Virus record (IMG/VR): IMGVR_UViG_3300023184_000034
Location: 32,001 to 96,000 of that record
Reading direction: 5' to 3' (one strand)
DNA length: 64,000 bases
Source: a virus
A model generated the notes under the pieces. That model did not search any database, had not been told where the DNA came from, and worked only from the letters and a program-made list of their open reading frames with translations. Of the stretch, positions 26,201 through 31,593 are shown one piece after another. The position numbers and the translations under genes were made by a program. Within the stretch, counting starts at the first letter, position 1; each line of letters begins with the position of its first letter.

Positions 26201-26709
26201 GGACACCAAACACAATTTATAAAGAACTTGACATTGTCAATGTTGGTAATTATACCTATCGAAGAAAATTGGGAGCTGCTCACACCAGTAAAAACACATT
26301 TGCCAATGACAATGCAAATTGGTCGTTCTTTATAGGCAACATCAGGTTGCAAAAACAACCGTACAAGGTCTTTAATATAAATCAAGCACCCTACAGCCCA
26401 GCAGGCGATGTGACATTTGACGCTGATTTTTCTGTCAACGGCACAGCCAACGAACTTAGATTAACTAACAAGTTAGCAGTTGGTACCACTGTAACAGTGG
26501 TCAAACGCACACTTGAATTGTGGGACAGCAGCACAAACATCATGAATGACAATGGTAAAATAGCGTCGTTCATCAAAGCTGCTCCGGGTGTTTGGTACAC
26601 ACAATACCAGCTAAATACGGGAGGCCCAGTTTTAGTGGAATCTTCTTCTTCTTTTGACAGTGCCTCAACAAGATTTGACGGTGCTGACCTAACATTTGAC
26701 CAGGGATAA
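11290..26709 (+). CDS. Giant (5139 aa) virion structural protein, probably a gp7-like baseplate wedge with appended carbohydrate-binding, propeller and Ig-like modules
   Basis: Uninterrupted 15.4 kb ORF translationally coupled to gp6. Contains CBM5/12-like W-x5-Y-x2-G-x-IV repeats, FG-GAP/propeller-like repeats, GSGY repeats and GDG.TT.F repeats. Confidence 0.7.
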   Translation: MATSNVNGNKGLSANLLPKFYQTPSNKKFLQSTIDQLFQPGSLTKVSGYVGRENAKASVGTDLYIEASDKLRQDYQLEPGVTIRDTVGNVTFFKDYIDYINQINVFGGNTDNHTRLNKQEFYSWNPHIDWDKFVNFQNYYWLPYGPDTITIYGKERVINSTYTVEVQRQGTNNQFVFTPDGLTPNPVLRLYRGKTYTFNINSPNNPFSFKTARSAGPTDRYNYQGSVSASGVTSGTITFTVTKQTPSILYYQSENDIDLGGAIQISELLENTSIDVEAEILGKKTATLDNGITLSNGMKLSFGGTVYPESYANGQFYVEGVGTAIKLISADILEIVSPYSTNNTLPFDSMPWDVEPFDDATGYAGTIDYITINRSSRDHNPWSRYNRWFHKDVISASAIFNNNTISLDQTTRAIRPIIEFFPDIKLHNLGITAIPDIDLIDTFTQDAFSTIEGTIGYNVDNFDLLPGMLVIFTADPDPLVQNKIYKVEYVDVRNLSSGSNQIHLVEIATPTVGQVVLVRQGSKYKSKMFWFNGTTWIEGQTKTATNQAPMFDMFDNDGVSFSNLSVYTGSTFAGTKIFSYKLGTTGTVDPKLGFILSYQNVNNIGDIVFNFNLATDTFEYKKTSIVETQNINIGYLSTRDYGGNLTYSNGWETSAVTNVQAAVRIYKNSGRTNNFPIDIFDDPGNLSDLVVKIYVNGTRLDSKLWSINSTAAYKIVNLITPIGLDDVLTIRAFSAQVINQNGYYEVPLNFQNNPLNDVMTNFTLGEVTDHVNSIIDNLPTPNTDIQNLGNITPYGTKFVQHSGPLSLGVYHICSESNNVIKAVEQARTDYNSFKQNFINSASSLGVDGDPVTLFEMVLNKLNNNKPRVAPYYLSDMVPYGAAISTSIKVVDYRIKNYPLTTVFSLNNLSNKAVGIYLNGVQLVHGQDYNFDVSGFVSIDPSVNLANGNTIKTVEYENTDGSFVPATPTKLGMWPAFAPKKYLDTTLVNPQLVIQGHDGSIVLAYNDYRDDLILELEKRIFNNIKVKYNTDIFDISKIIPSYNRKSDYSRTEFNSVLAPNFYKWTGLVGKDLTTPLNYDRTNGFTYNYALSGAPDKTPIPAYWRGIYRYILDTDRPHLCPWEMLGFAIEPKWWTTVYGPAPYSSDNLPMWQDIADGAVKEPNTPPVYFPERAKPFLMSHIPVDEFGNLISPLQSGIASGLSQPSINNNFVFGDGSPVESAWTRSSYYPFSVVIASLLLTPANTFGMLLDRSRVVRNIAGQLIYSDTGLRIKPSDVLLPSTYSSSTRVQTAGLVNYIVDLIFNYIFSNNVAGYNSYSTDLSKLTPLLSYRVGAYTNKPQFNLLLESKTPSSTGNVFVPPDDYSVFLNKSTPVKKITYSGVVITKVSTGFEIKGYSLSQPYFKYYQFLGTGSRITVGGISEDYSAWTPGENYLVGSVVQYNGSYYRSLQNSVTDETFNTFNFAKLPGLPMNGGSSANIRNKWDNNQILVAPYGTLFPDIQSVVDFLLGYGEYLKDQGFLFNDYNTNYSTVSNWLSSANEFLFWTTQNWSTGVDKWQDWQANESYTYGSIVKYDGDFYSALYNIPLSTAFDASKWNMLPGLSNIGSSVISLSPSANGINFTTTLAVVDSIASQFNPYEIFKVDGSPFDLTSLDSYHQDGKVSYIPKSTEGIYGASFYLVQHEHVVAVNNTTIFNDVIYSPTSGYRRDRLKVSGYITTGWTAGLDIPGFIFDAAKIDEWQSWKDYNVGDIAKYGQFYFQAEPMTGNLIPGSEKFNYTQWTKLLNKPTNQILPNWTTIASQFTDFYSADIDSFNTAQQTMAHHLIGYQKRQYLNNIIQDPVSEFKFYQGMIREKGTQNVLNQLFGVLNSENRESLTFYEEWAVRTGRYGATNAFEEIEFILDESKYLNNPQATVLVKNLDSKLNPFVVQQTINDVYVKPMGYTATPFPVFEPTKSNQFLRSAGYVNSADVYVAVSSTNQLLGQPATSITVGISYIIKSVNATTDFTQIGATENAVGLSFVATGVGSGTATVVLDPNKLNEGSYIWCAFDPAGWNVYRYTDIQISATGATYANNLLTITTDITPNIQVGSFIGLSQIPTLSGFYQVTSVILNKITVSATIAAFPNLSALQIKEIIIYALIPQRTASIDNIDSILPTNLQKNDLVWTDNSGNGSWATWIYNPVFQQQLLSNTTPSPNSQFGYVTSINQQGNLLAVGALSGNVVIYDKVGLQTPWIRRQEIQYPFSAQADFNALTLVASTIAISPDGTWVATGSPKVSHVSTKLKPNWSLSNTYQVGDIVSVGIDKAYQATLDVPTNIPVTNTYYWKNIPYIPVDNLGTNSSLMQQGMISLYKKDANNLYNLVDSIISPSPADGQLFGETLEFGNSVLYIGATGTGCTVFKLSYTSTLNVSTAYDNVGSTGTTLKVTSAIGISAGMYVQSSAFLNNQTVDSVLSRIVFPVSVSGNVTNSLGILIKVENITATMTVTGTGVVSGAEIYSKGITSDGNVYIIVSASQNLLTSITQIQLDNDPTLIFTISTVSSANTLILSSTPTSTPIGTLNFVTTAWAYKDFVTTPNGVNYFGAGLSLSDDNSTLAVSSSESVYLFATSSNTLIRTYTGFTNANKLAVSISGSGKYLAVGQGSTGTVNIYQTAGLTPTVPVQTLINHFNQEDRAFFGSKLAFMTDDTLVVYSQSGSTSIATTIDAYLEPLLSYTYLDENGVTQVSTYVNDPESAENINQTTFDNQSTRFVTPLPNAGRVDIYDRYATKWVYSESLDNIDTPASGYGVGFAVGSNSVVVGLPRLDNGSLMDTGKAYVYNKFPNNFTWKIYRSQIPVVNIGKIKKAFLYDKVTSKLLVQLDVIDPNQGKIPGPADAEIKYKSFYDPATYFYSSMVSPGPTVNIDTGSFWASPQVGQLWWDLRTAKFIDPYFEDISYRNNVWNKLAQGASIDIYEWISSSLLPAAWDTLADTPAGLASGISGLSLHGNSAYSITKSYNNITKKFINTYYYWVKNKAIVPSVEGRKLSAQSVSSLISNPRGNAYTYIALIGKDSFSIANISQYLNNTDTVLAIEYWTIDKVDQNVHSQWKLISKDTAVEIPDAIQQKWVDSLCGADEAGRPVPDINLPPKLKYGIENRPRQSMFINRTEALKQFVEAVNTIFLKYQITENYNIQDLESYDIQPTELSGKFDLVLDTDAELPYANINLFQAASLTPVIVDGRVTGIKIFETGKGYIIPPFIDIVGSGKGAVAKAIINSAGSIVSATVISSGEGYNPDITVCVVRSYSVLVRNDSLASGNWSIYSYDTVNNLWSRSLTQSFDVRNYWSKIDWYATGYNQFSSPDFVVHTTFDLNLINVSIGQLVKVLKVNSGSWVLIEKFANLNTTDWTQNYTIVGIQNGTIQLNSSLYQTQFSAVGYDSSTFDQGAFDVKASTELRIILKTLKDNIFIGTNLKGTYLDLFLRSVRYAHSEQLYIDWIFKTSFVRATHHVGKLDQPVYYPIDNLSNFEDYVAEVKPYRTKIREYISQYTSLDPSYSAVTDFDLPSVVKNSFALAINTAVSGNIITADQPEIQSYPWKFWLDNAGYSVTELIIVNGGSGYVTTPQVIITGNSGSGATAEAYFTNGIINRIILKTSGSGYLSAPTVSINSGLSITGTPAKVIAIIGKGVVRSSLIGMKFDRTNKKQYIINLDVTDSFVGTGSKKQFVLTWAPDIKVGKSSVYINDILVLRETYTLAVETKIVNGQTQYYGTLTFIVSDIVVAPLMNSSIVIKYIKDISLLNAVDRIEFYYNPTTGMLGKELSQLMTGVDYGGNIVGNLGFASKNGWGVTPYALDKWDTYDNSYTDYVTQVTAVTRALPYDVDFTPVVGTNINVYHIKNYVISAPSDGATLVWPFSLFINQPAVSVTTTVNSSSPSNISSTLVGYSTKIQSTLTSTNGTAGQSSIVFDAVPNVVIGQYVSGTGVVAGSKVIQVAGTIVIISNNLNLDAAGDYSFYLLGTVLTVSSLTGIVAGMGVAGAGFVTQSVTKTQTVVVSGVTSRYVYITASPNSIPTVGSLLTFVTNSAGSKTLTVSSTANLKIGDVVTSASQNVFGYNTTIVSIENSTKITLSQIIYSTLANNTSLLFTRVLSQPAEVASYANGTILLSDPVLVGSYINIYGKLDPIRIDDPAYGTTVTGTWTTPNAYVSGTVVLFNNKKYVCKIAHSASAQFTTDLSLGKWREYNDNAVIVTPVLGTTPAPLVLTTVRSDGSRSYTINIPNTYVVNNDDVFILRQSTSDGTIVPTDYDTDISGGDLVYSTARGILADDIVLDGDAFVSETTSPAPEEVVPGQIVDTLAIKVFDRPSSGSANIAIDNYITDGITTTFDLRTMPVNSGSIILKIGNTVKTINSDYTIDYANKRLVLPTTPIAKQILTIFVIGFSGSNILDLDYFVGDGITTEFVTKSPWLDSFTGLVYVNGVVENPVLFKTDDTYEINNSVGMRFDMPVATNALINYIIVGGDTRTFSVTNSEIIPTTGSTTYTLQNLVGRSLPNETNMIVRANQTILNAPVNSYFTIKSNIYSYPLDANRVTPYTISAQDVIVVANNVLLVPGNDYSVDLAGVTVQLTRSAYSRYRNTKLTISITTNAGYFYNPTTNQITFTQAYTSSDVVQVTSSFNHNTLDVERTTLMVKSAANLTPETVQCYQYQSIIGGLITLDRAVLNESYVWVIKNSILLVPGVDYKLLDDHLSIQLTNSLGLTDKISLMTFGSNVITAGISYMQFKDMLNRTIYKRLNLSKRTELLTDLRWNSTSIVLVDGSNFQEPDTVRNSPGVIEIRGERIEYFAKTGNVLSKLRRGTAGTGIFDLNYAGTFVQDIGSAETVPYNDSVQTVQVLSNGTNIVKLSFAPTKGNQNSVDMNYEPTGVRTWFSDAGYLLIGTFDPVSSYKIKDVVVYNNSYYHCRKTVSLLSSRIFGVDYTPANSTYWTLYPTSIPVGYGQTDQIEVFVGGYDDITVWTPNTIYKELDIVNVGNYTYRRKLGAAHTSKNTFANDNANWSFFIGNIRLQKQPYKVFNINQAPYSPAGDVTFDADFSVNGTANELRLTNKLAVGTTVTVVKRTLELWDSSTNIMNDNGKIASFIKAAPGVWYTQYQLNTGGPVLVESSSSFDSASTRFDGADLTFDQG

Positions 26710-26712
26710 AAA

Positions 26713-28239
26713 ATGACAAAACAAATTATTGAAACAGGATCGTTAGCAAATGATGGAACTGGCGATACACTACGTACTGGCGCTCAAAAGATCAATGCAA
26801 ACTTTACAGAATTGTATAATTCTATCTACTCCTTGCCTACCGCTGGAGTAGGTTCCGCAGGCACGTTGGGCGGCGTCAAGGTTGACGGCACATCTGTTGT
26901 GATTAGTAACGGAGTTATCAGTTCTGCAGGTACAACTGCTCCGGCATCGACAACGGACAATGCAATCACAAGGTTTGACGGCACTACAGGAAGATTGCTT
27001 CAGAATTCAGTAGTGACCATTAGTGATTTTGGAGCAATTGTTGCACCAGTTGCAAGCAGTGTTATTCCTTTTCACTATGACAATCAGGCCGCATTTCCAA
27101 GTGCTGTTACATATCATGGAGCTATCGCACACAGTCATGCAGATGGAAAGATGTATTTTGCACACAGCGGTGCCTGGACAGCTTTGGCCAGTGTTAACGA
27201 TATTCCGTCAACAGCTGCAGTCTTAGCTGTTACAAGTATTGATGCTCTAAGTGATGTCAACACATCAAGTGTGATTCCTACCAACGGCCAGGTATTGGCT
27301 TGGCAAGCTAGTACAAGCCAATGGAAACCGACCTCAGTGTCCGGTGCCGCCGGCGGCACTGTGATATCAACCACTGTGGTCAGCGCCAACGGTTTTGCTG
27401 GAACTGTTGCAACAGCCACATCAACTCCTGCCATCACTATCTCAACCAGCATCACAGGAGTATTAAAAGGCAATGGCACTGCAATATCAGCTGCAACCAG
27501 CGGCACTGATTATGCTCCGGGTACCAGCGCATTGGCAACTGGTATTGTTAAAAGCACCACCACTACTGGTGTGTTGACTATTGCAGCAGCAGGAACTGAT
27601 TATCAGGCACCTGTGAGTGCTGTTGGCATATTAAAAAGCAGTGGCGTGAGTGGCAATGTGAGCGCCGCTGTGGCAGGAACTGATTATCAAACTCCAATCG
27701 GAACCATTACTGGCATGGTGAAAGGCAATGGAGCCAATGCTCTCACAGCTGCTGTGGCAGGTACTGATTATCAAACTCCCATAACATTCACCACAACTGG
27801 CTCAAGTGGTGCGGCAACTTTTAACGGCACTGCTTTGAATATACCACAGTACACCGCTCTAGCTGCAAGAAATTCAGCCGCCGCCACAACAGCAGCATTG
27901 GCAAATGACGCCGCTGGAAATATCACTATAACTGGTTGGAAAAGTTATATGCTATTAAGTATTGAAACTTCTGCAGCAGCTTGGGTAACTGTTTATACTT
28001 CTTCTGCTGCAAGAACTGCTGATGTAAGTAGACCTATCACCACAGACCCAACACCTGGATCAGGAGTAATTGCAGAAGTTATTACAACTGGCGCAAGCAC
28101 ACAAATATTTTCCCCAGCAGTATTTGGATTTAGTGATGAATCATCGCCGTCAATTGCTATACAACTTAAAGTAGTTAATAAAAGCGGCAGCGCAACAGCA
28201 ATCATAGTGGCAATGAAGCTTGTTCGACTAGAGGCATAA
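26713..28239 (+). CDS. Tail fibre / baseplate-attached protein with gp9/gp10-like N-terminus
   Basis: N-terminal ANDGTGDTLRTGAQKINANFTELY; Ala/Thr/Gly-rich body with GTDY repeats. Confidence 0.7.
   Translation: MTKQIIETGSLANDGTGDTLRTGAQKINANFTELYNSIYSLPTAGVGSAGTLGGVKVDGTSVVISNGVISSAGTTAPASTTDNAITRFDGTTGRLLQNSVVTISDFGAIVAPVASSVIPFHYDNQAAFPSAVTYHGAIAHSHADGKMYFAHSGAWTALASVNDIPSTAAVLAVTSIDALSDVNTSSVIPTNGQVLAWQASTSQWKPTSVSGAAGGTVISTTVVSANGFAGTVATATSTPAITISTSITGVLKGNGTAISAATSGTDYAPGTSALATGIVKSTTTTGVLTIAAAGTDYQAPVSAVGILKSSGVSGNVSAAVAGTDYQTPIGTITGMVKGNGANALTAAVAGTDYQTPITFTTTGSSGAATFNGTALNIPQYTALAARNSAAATTAALANDAAGNITITGWKSYMLLSIETSAAAWVTVYTSSAARTADVSRPITTDPTPGSGVIAEVITTGASTQIFSPAVFGFSDESSPSIAIQLKVVNKSGSATAIIVAMKLVRLEA
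27490..27780 (+). repeat. Four in-frame AA(V)AGTDY(Q/A)xP repeats
   Basis: GCTGTGGCAGG(A/T)ACTGATTATCAAACTCC at about 27667 and 27751, with more divergent copies at about 27500 and 27590. Confidence 0.75.
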
Positions 28240-28240
28240 C

Positions 28241-30937
28241 ATGAAAGATCCAATTCCACATCTTGGTAATCCTGATGACCAAAGTTTAAAAAAGTACATT
28301 GTTACTTTAAAAAACTTTGATGATTCAACAGCATTTTATGATCATATGGAAACAGACGTTACTGGTATTGATAATGTGTTACCTGCTAGATCTATAGAAT
28401 GTGTTAATCGTAGACCGTCTAGTAGGAATACTGAGTACATGATGACGTATGACGAAGCGGCAATGGTGTGTAATGACTCGCGAGTTTTAGCAGTTGAATT
28501 GAATCCTGAAGACCTTGGATTCATTAAAATGCCTTTTAGTTTTGAACAAACATCTGCTCAATTTAACAAAGCAACCGCAAGCAGTGCAACGGATATTAAT
28601 TGGGGACTGCTCCGTGTCCTTAGAGCAACAGACATCGGTAACTGGGGATCAACCGGAACAATTAATCAATCAGCTTCAATAATATCAGATTCCTCTGGCA
28701 GAAATGTCGATGTTGTGATTATGGACGACGGATGCCCATATCCAACAACATTAGAATATCAAAAAAATCCAGATGGTACTGGTTATTCTCGAATGGTAGA
28801 ATACAATTGGTATCAGCATAATCCGGTAGTCACTGGTGGAGCTGTTGGAGAATACTCTTACAGTAATAACAGACTACAAGAACATGGCTCCCACACCACA
28901 GGCACTGTTGCTGGTAATACTCAGGGCTGGGCACGAGATGCAAACATTTTCAATATAACCTACATTGATTCAATTGATTATGTAAGAGAATTCCACAAAA
29001 ATAAACCAGTCAATCCGTTAACTGGTGTAAAAAATCCCACAGTAATGAACAACAGCTGGGGTTATCGGGCCGCGTCCTTATCAACTGCTTCAATATCTAA
29101 ACTAACAATCCGAGGTGTTGAATACTTTCCAACAAGCGGTACATCAGGATCTTATGTGTGGGATTCAAACATTATACAAAACATTGCTAGATTAAACATT
29201 GGAGGTGCATTTCCTTCCGTAAGCACAGCAACTGACACTGATATGATAGAAGCAATGGCTGAAGGTATTATCATTGTTGCCAGCGCAGGTAATAGTTATT
29301 TTTATCAAGATGTAGTTGGTGGATTGGATTACAATAACACCATGGTAAGAAACGGCGTCACAGTGTATATTCACAGAGGTAGTAGTCCGGGAGCAACAGA
29401 CGGCGGCACTGAAGGCACAAAAATTATTTGCTCTGGTGCAAGTGGTCAACATAATGAAACATCTGGGGCAAGTGTATATGATGCAACTTCAATTGAAGTT
29501 GGAGATTACAAAGCAGAATTTAGTAATTATGGTCCTCGTATTGATTGCTATGCACCCGGCTCTGCAATACAAAGTATTTGGAAATCAGGACAAACGTTGT
29601 ATGACGCTAACAACACCACAGATCCTCGAGTTGCAGCACTGGGTCTTTCAGATACTGTTAATAATAATTTTAAAAAATGTCCAGGAACCAGCATGAGCGG
29701 TCCACAGACCGCTGGCGTGCTGGCGTGCCTTGCTGAAAAATATCCTAGAATGACACAAACTGATGCTAGAGCGTATATCAAGAATTCTTGCCCTTCTACT
29801 ATATTAAGTACCAGTGGCGGAGCGCAAGATTTTAAAGACGCAGGCCCATCATTCAATTCGTCTAGTAATGTACAGATGCTTATACTTCGTGGAACAAGAC
29901 ACCCAACAGCAGATGTTGGAGGATATTACCCAACACCGTTTCCTTCAGTTGTTGACAAACACAGACCACTCACTGGCCAAACTTACCCAAGAAGAAATAC
30001 TGTACACAGTTTTAATAAAAATGCAACTTTTGCTTTGTCAACAGATTATTCAACAAGGACCAATGGACAAACCGCAACCATCACACTTGCCACTACCAAC
30101 ATTCCAAACGGAACACTTGTTCAATATTTAATAACCGCCAAACCAACATCACAAACCACTACTTCTACAGTAGTAGACAATGGCCTAAGCGGCATTTTTT
30201 CAGCAAGCGCCACAATACTTAGTGGAGCTTATTTTGATACTAGACCAAGTACTGGTAATAGATTTGAAACAACTTCCAATGCAGCATCTAATCTAGTTAT
30301 TACAAATAATCTAATTGGCGCAGGCTCTTTAACATTATCAACTCCAACCACACCCGGTGCGCTTACTTTTACAGGATCCGCAGACGACGGATATTGGACG
30401 GTACCACTGCCATTTAATATTACATATTTAAATCAAACATACAGCAGTGTGTATATAGGTACTAACACTTATATCACATTTAGCGGTGGATCTGTGGCCT
30501 ATGCACAATTAGGTCCATCGGAGCCTCCTTATCCTAAAATTATGATATCTGCGGCAGATAACAAAGCATTTAGAATTTATCAAGGGGTTGAAGGAACATC
30601 CCCAAATAGAACATTTAGAATTAGATGGGAAGGACATCACATCTATAATAGCACCGATTCAGGCAATCCCACTATGATTTATGAAGCTACTTTTTATGAA
30701 CAATATCCCACAAGGGTTGAAATACACACTGGAGTTAACGCTAGATGGGCTTTGCAACCTGCAATAGCAACTCCTCCGTTTTCTGTTTCTAATATCAATA
30801 AGGCGCTGGTTGGTACAATGACAGTTAACAATTCTCAGTCAACATTGCCAATAACAATAAGCACCTTAACTGGATATGTTATGAATGTTCGCTTGGGGGT
30901 ATTTCCCAGCCCAAGCATTGATATAACAATAAACTAG
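28241..30937 (+). CDS. Subtilisin-family (S8) serine protease with propeptide and C-terminal extracellular-type domains
   Basis: Catalytic motifs VDVVIMDDG, HGSHTTGTVAG, ASAGN and GTSMSGP; FSNYG. Confidence 0.9.
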   Translation: MKDPIPHLGNPDDQSLKKYIVTLKNFDDSTAFYDHMETDVTGIDNVLPARSIECVNRRPSSRNTEYMMTYDEAAMVCNDSRVLAVELNPEDLGFIKMPFSFEQTSAQFNKATASSATDINWGLLRVLRATDIGNWGSTGTINQSASIISDSSGRNVDVVIMDDGCPYPTTLEYQKNPDGTGYSRMVEYNWYQHNPVVTGGAVGEYSYSNNRLQEHGSHTTGTVAGNTQGWARDANIFNITYIDSIDYVREFHKNKPVNPLTGVKNPTVMNNSWGYRAASLSTASISKLTIRGVEYFPTSGTSGSYVWDSNIIQNIARLNIGGAFPSVSTATDTDMIEAMAEGIIIVASAGNSYFYQDVVGGLDYNNTMVRNGVTVYIHRGSSPGATDGGTEGTKIICSGASGQHNETSGASVYDATSIEVGDYKAEFSNYGPRIDCYAPGSAIQSIWKSGQTLYDANNTTDPRVAALGLSDTVNNNFKKCPGTSMSGPQTAGVLACLAEKYPRMTQTDARAYIKNSCPSTILSTSGGAQDFKDAGPSFNSSSNVQMLILRGTRHPTADVGGYYPTPFPSVVDKHRPLTGQTYPRRNTVHSFNKNATFALSTDYSTRTNGQTATITLATTNIPNGTLVQYLITAKPTSQTTTSTVVDNGLSGIFSASATILSGAYFDTRPSTGNRFETTSNAASNLVITNNLIGAGSLTLSTPTTPGALTFTGSADDGYWTVPLPFNITYLNQTYSSVYIGTNTYITFSGGSVAYAQLGPSEPPYPKIMISAADNKAFRIYQGVEGTSPNRTFRIRWEGHHIYNSTDSGNPTMIYEATFYEQYPTRVEIHTGVNARWALQPAIATPPFSVSNINKALVGTMTVNNSQSTLPITISTLTGYVMNVRLGVFPSPSIDITIN

Positions 30938-30960
30938 CAGTTAATAAACATTGATAAATA
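30929..30960 (+). promoter_or_regulatory. Late promoter with variant upstream element
   Basis: ATAAACTAGCAGTTAA-N9-ATAAATA. Confidence 0.65.
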
Positions 30961-30980
30961 TAAGATAAAGAGAGATCATT

Positions 30981-31592
30981 ATGCAGACTAAAGACCAGAC
31001 TGGAATACACATAGAAGGCCATATTAAAATATATGACCCTGTTTCCGCTGAAGTTTATATTAATAAACGCAATGCCATCCACTATGAAAATATCAGTATT
31101 GCCATGGCCCAGTCGTTGGCCAACGCAAAAGAAGGCGGATTTATCTACCAAATGGCATTTGGCAACGGCGGCACAGCAATTGATCCCACAGGAATTGTCA
31201 GTTATCTTACACCAAATTCATCAGGCGCCAACGCCAGTTTATACAATCAAACATACAGCAAGGTAGTTGACGAAAGAAGCAGCACTAACACAGATCCCAC
31301 TAGAAATTTTACAGAAGTTAGACACACCACTGGCACAAATTACAGTGATATTTTTGTTACCTGCTTGCTGGATTACGGCGAACCCAGTGGACAAACCGCA
31401 TTTGATACCACAACTGACAACAGCAGTACCTTTACTTTTGACGAACTTGGCCTGGTGAGTTACAGCACAACCGGACAAAGTTTGTTATTGACACATGTTA
31501 TTTTTCACCCAGTACTTAAAAGTCTGAATAGACTTATTCAAATTGATTATACTGTGCGTATTCAAAGTCTAACTGGCCTTGTGGGAGTATAA
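30981..31592 (+). CDS. Conserved virion/baseplate-associated protein
   Basis: 203 aa; NAIH.EN, FGNGG, FDELGL, THVIFHPV.KSLNR.IQI.YT; precedes the tail fibres. Confidence 0.5.
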   Translation: MQTKDQTGIHIEGHIKIYDPVSAEVYINKRNAIHYENISIAMAQSLANAKEGGFIYQMAFGNGGTAIDPTGIVSYLTPNSSGANASLYNQTYSKVVDERSSTNTDPTRNFTEVRHTTGTNYSDIFVTCLLDYGEPSGQTAFDTTTDNSSTFTFDELGLVSYSTTGQSLLLTHVIFHPVLKSLNRLIQIDYTVRIQSLTGLVGV

Positions 31593-31593
31593 A

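Noticed and set aside
27490-27780. Spaced ~29-nt direct repeats resembling a mini-array
   Set aside because: In-frame coding repeats (AAVAGTDYQ) with synonymous variation
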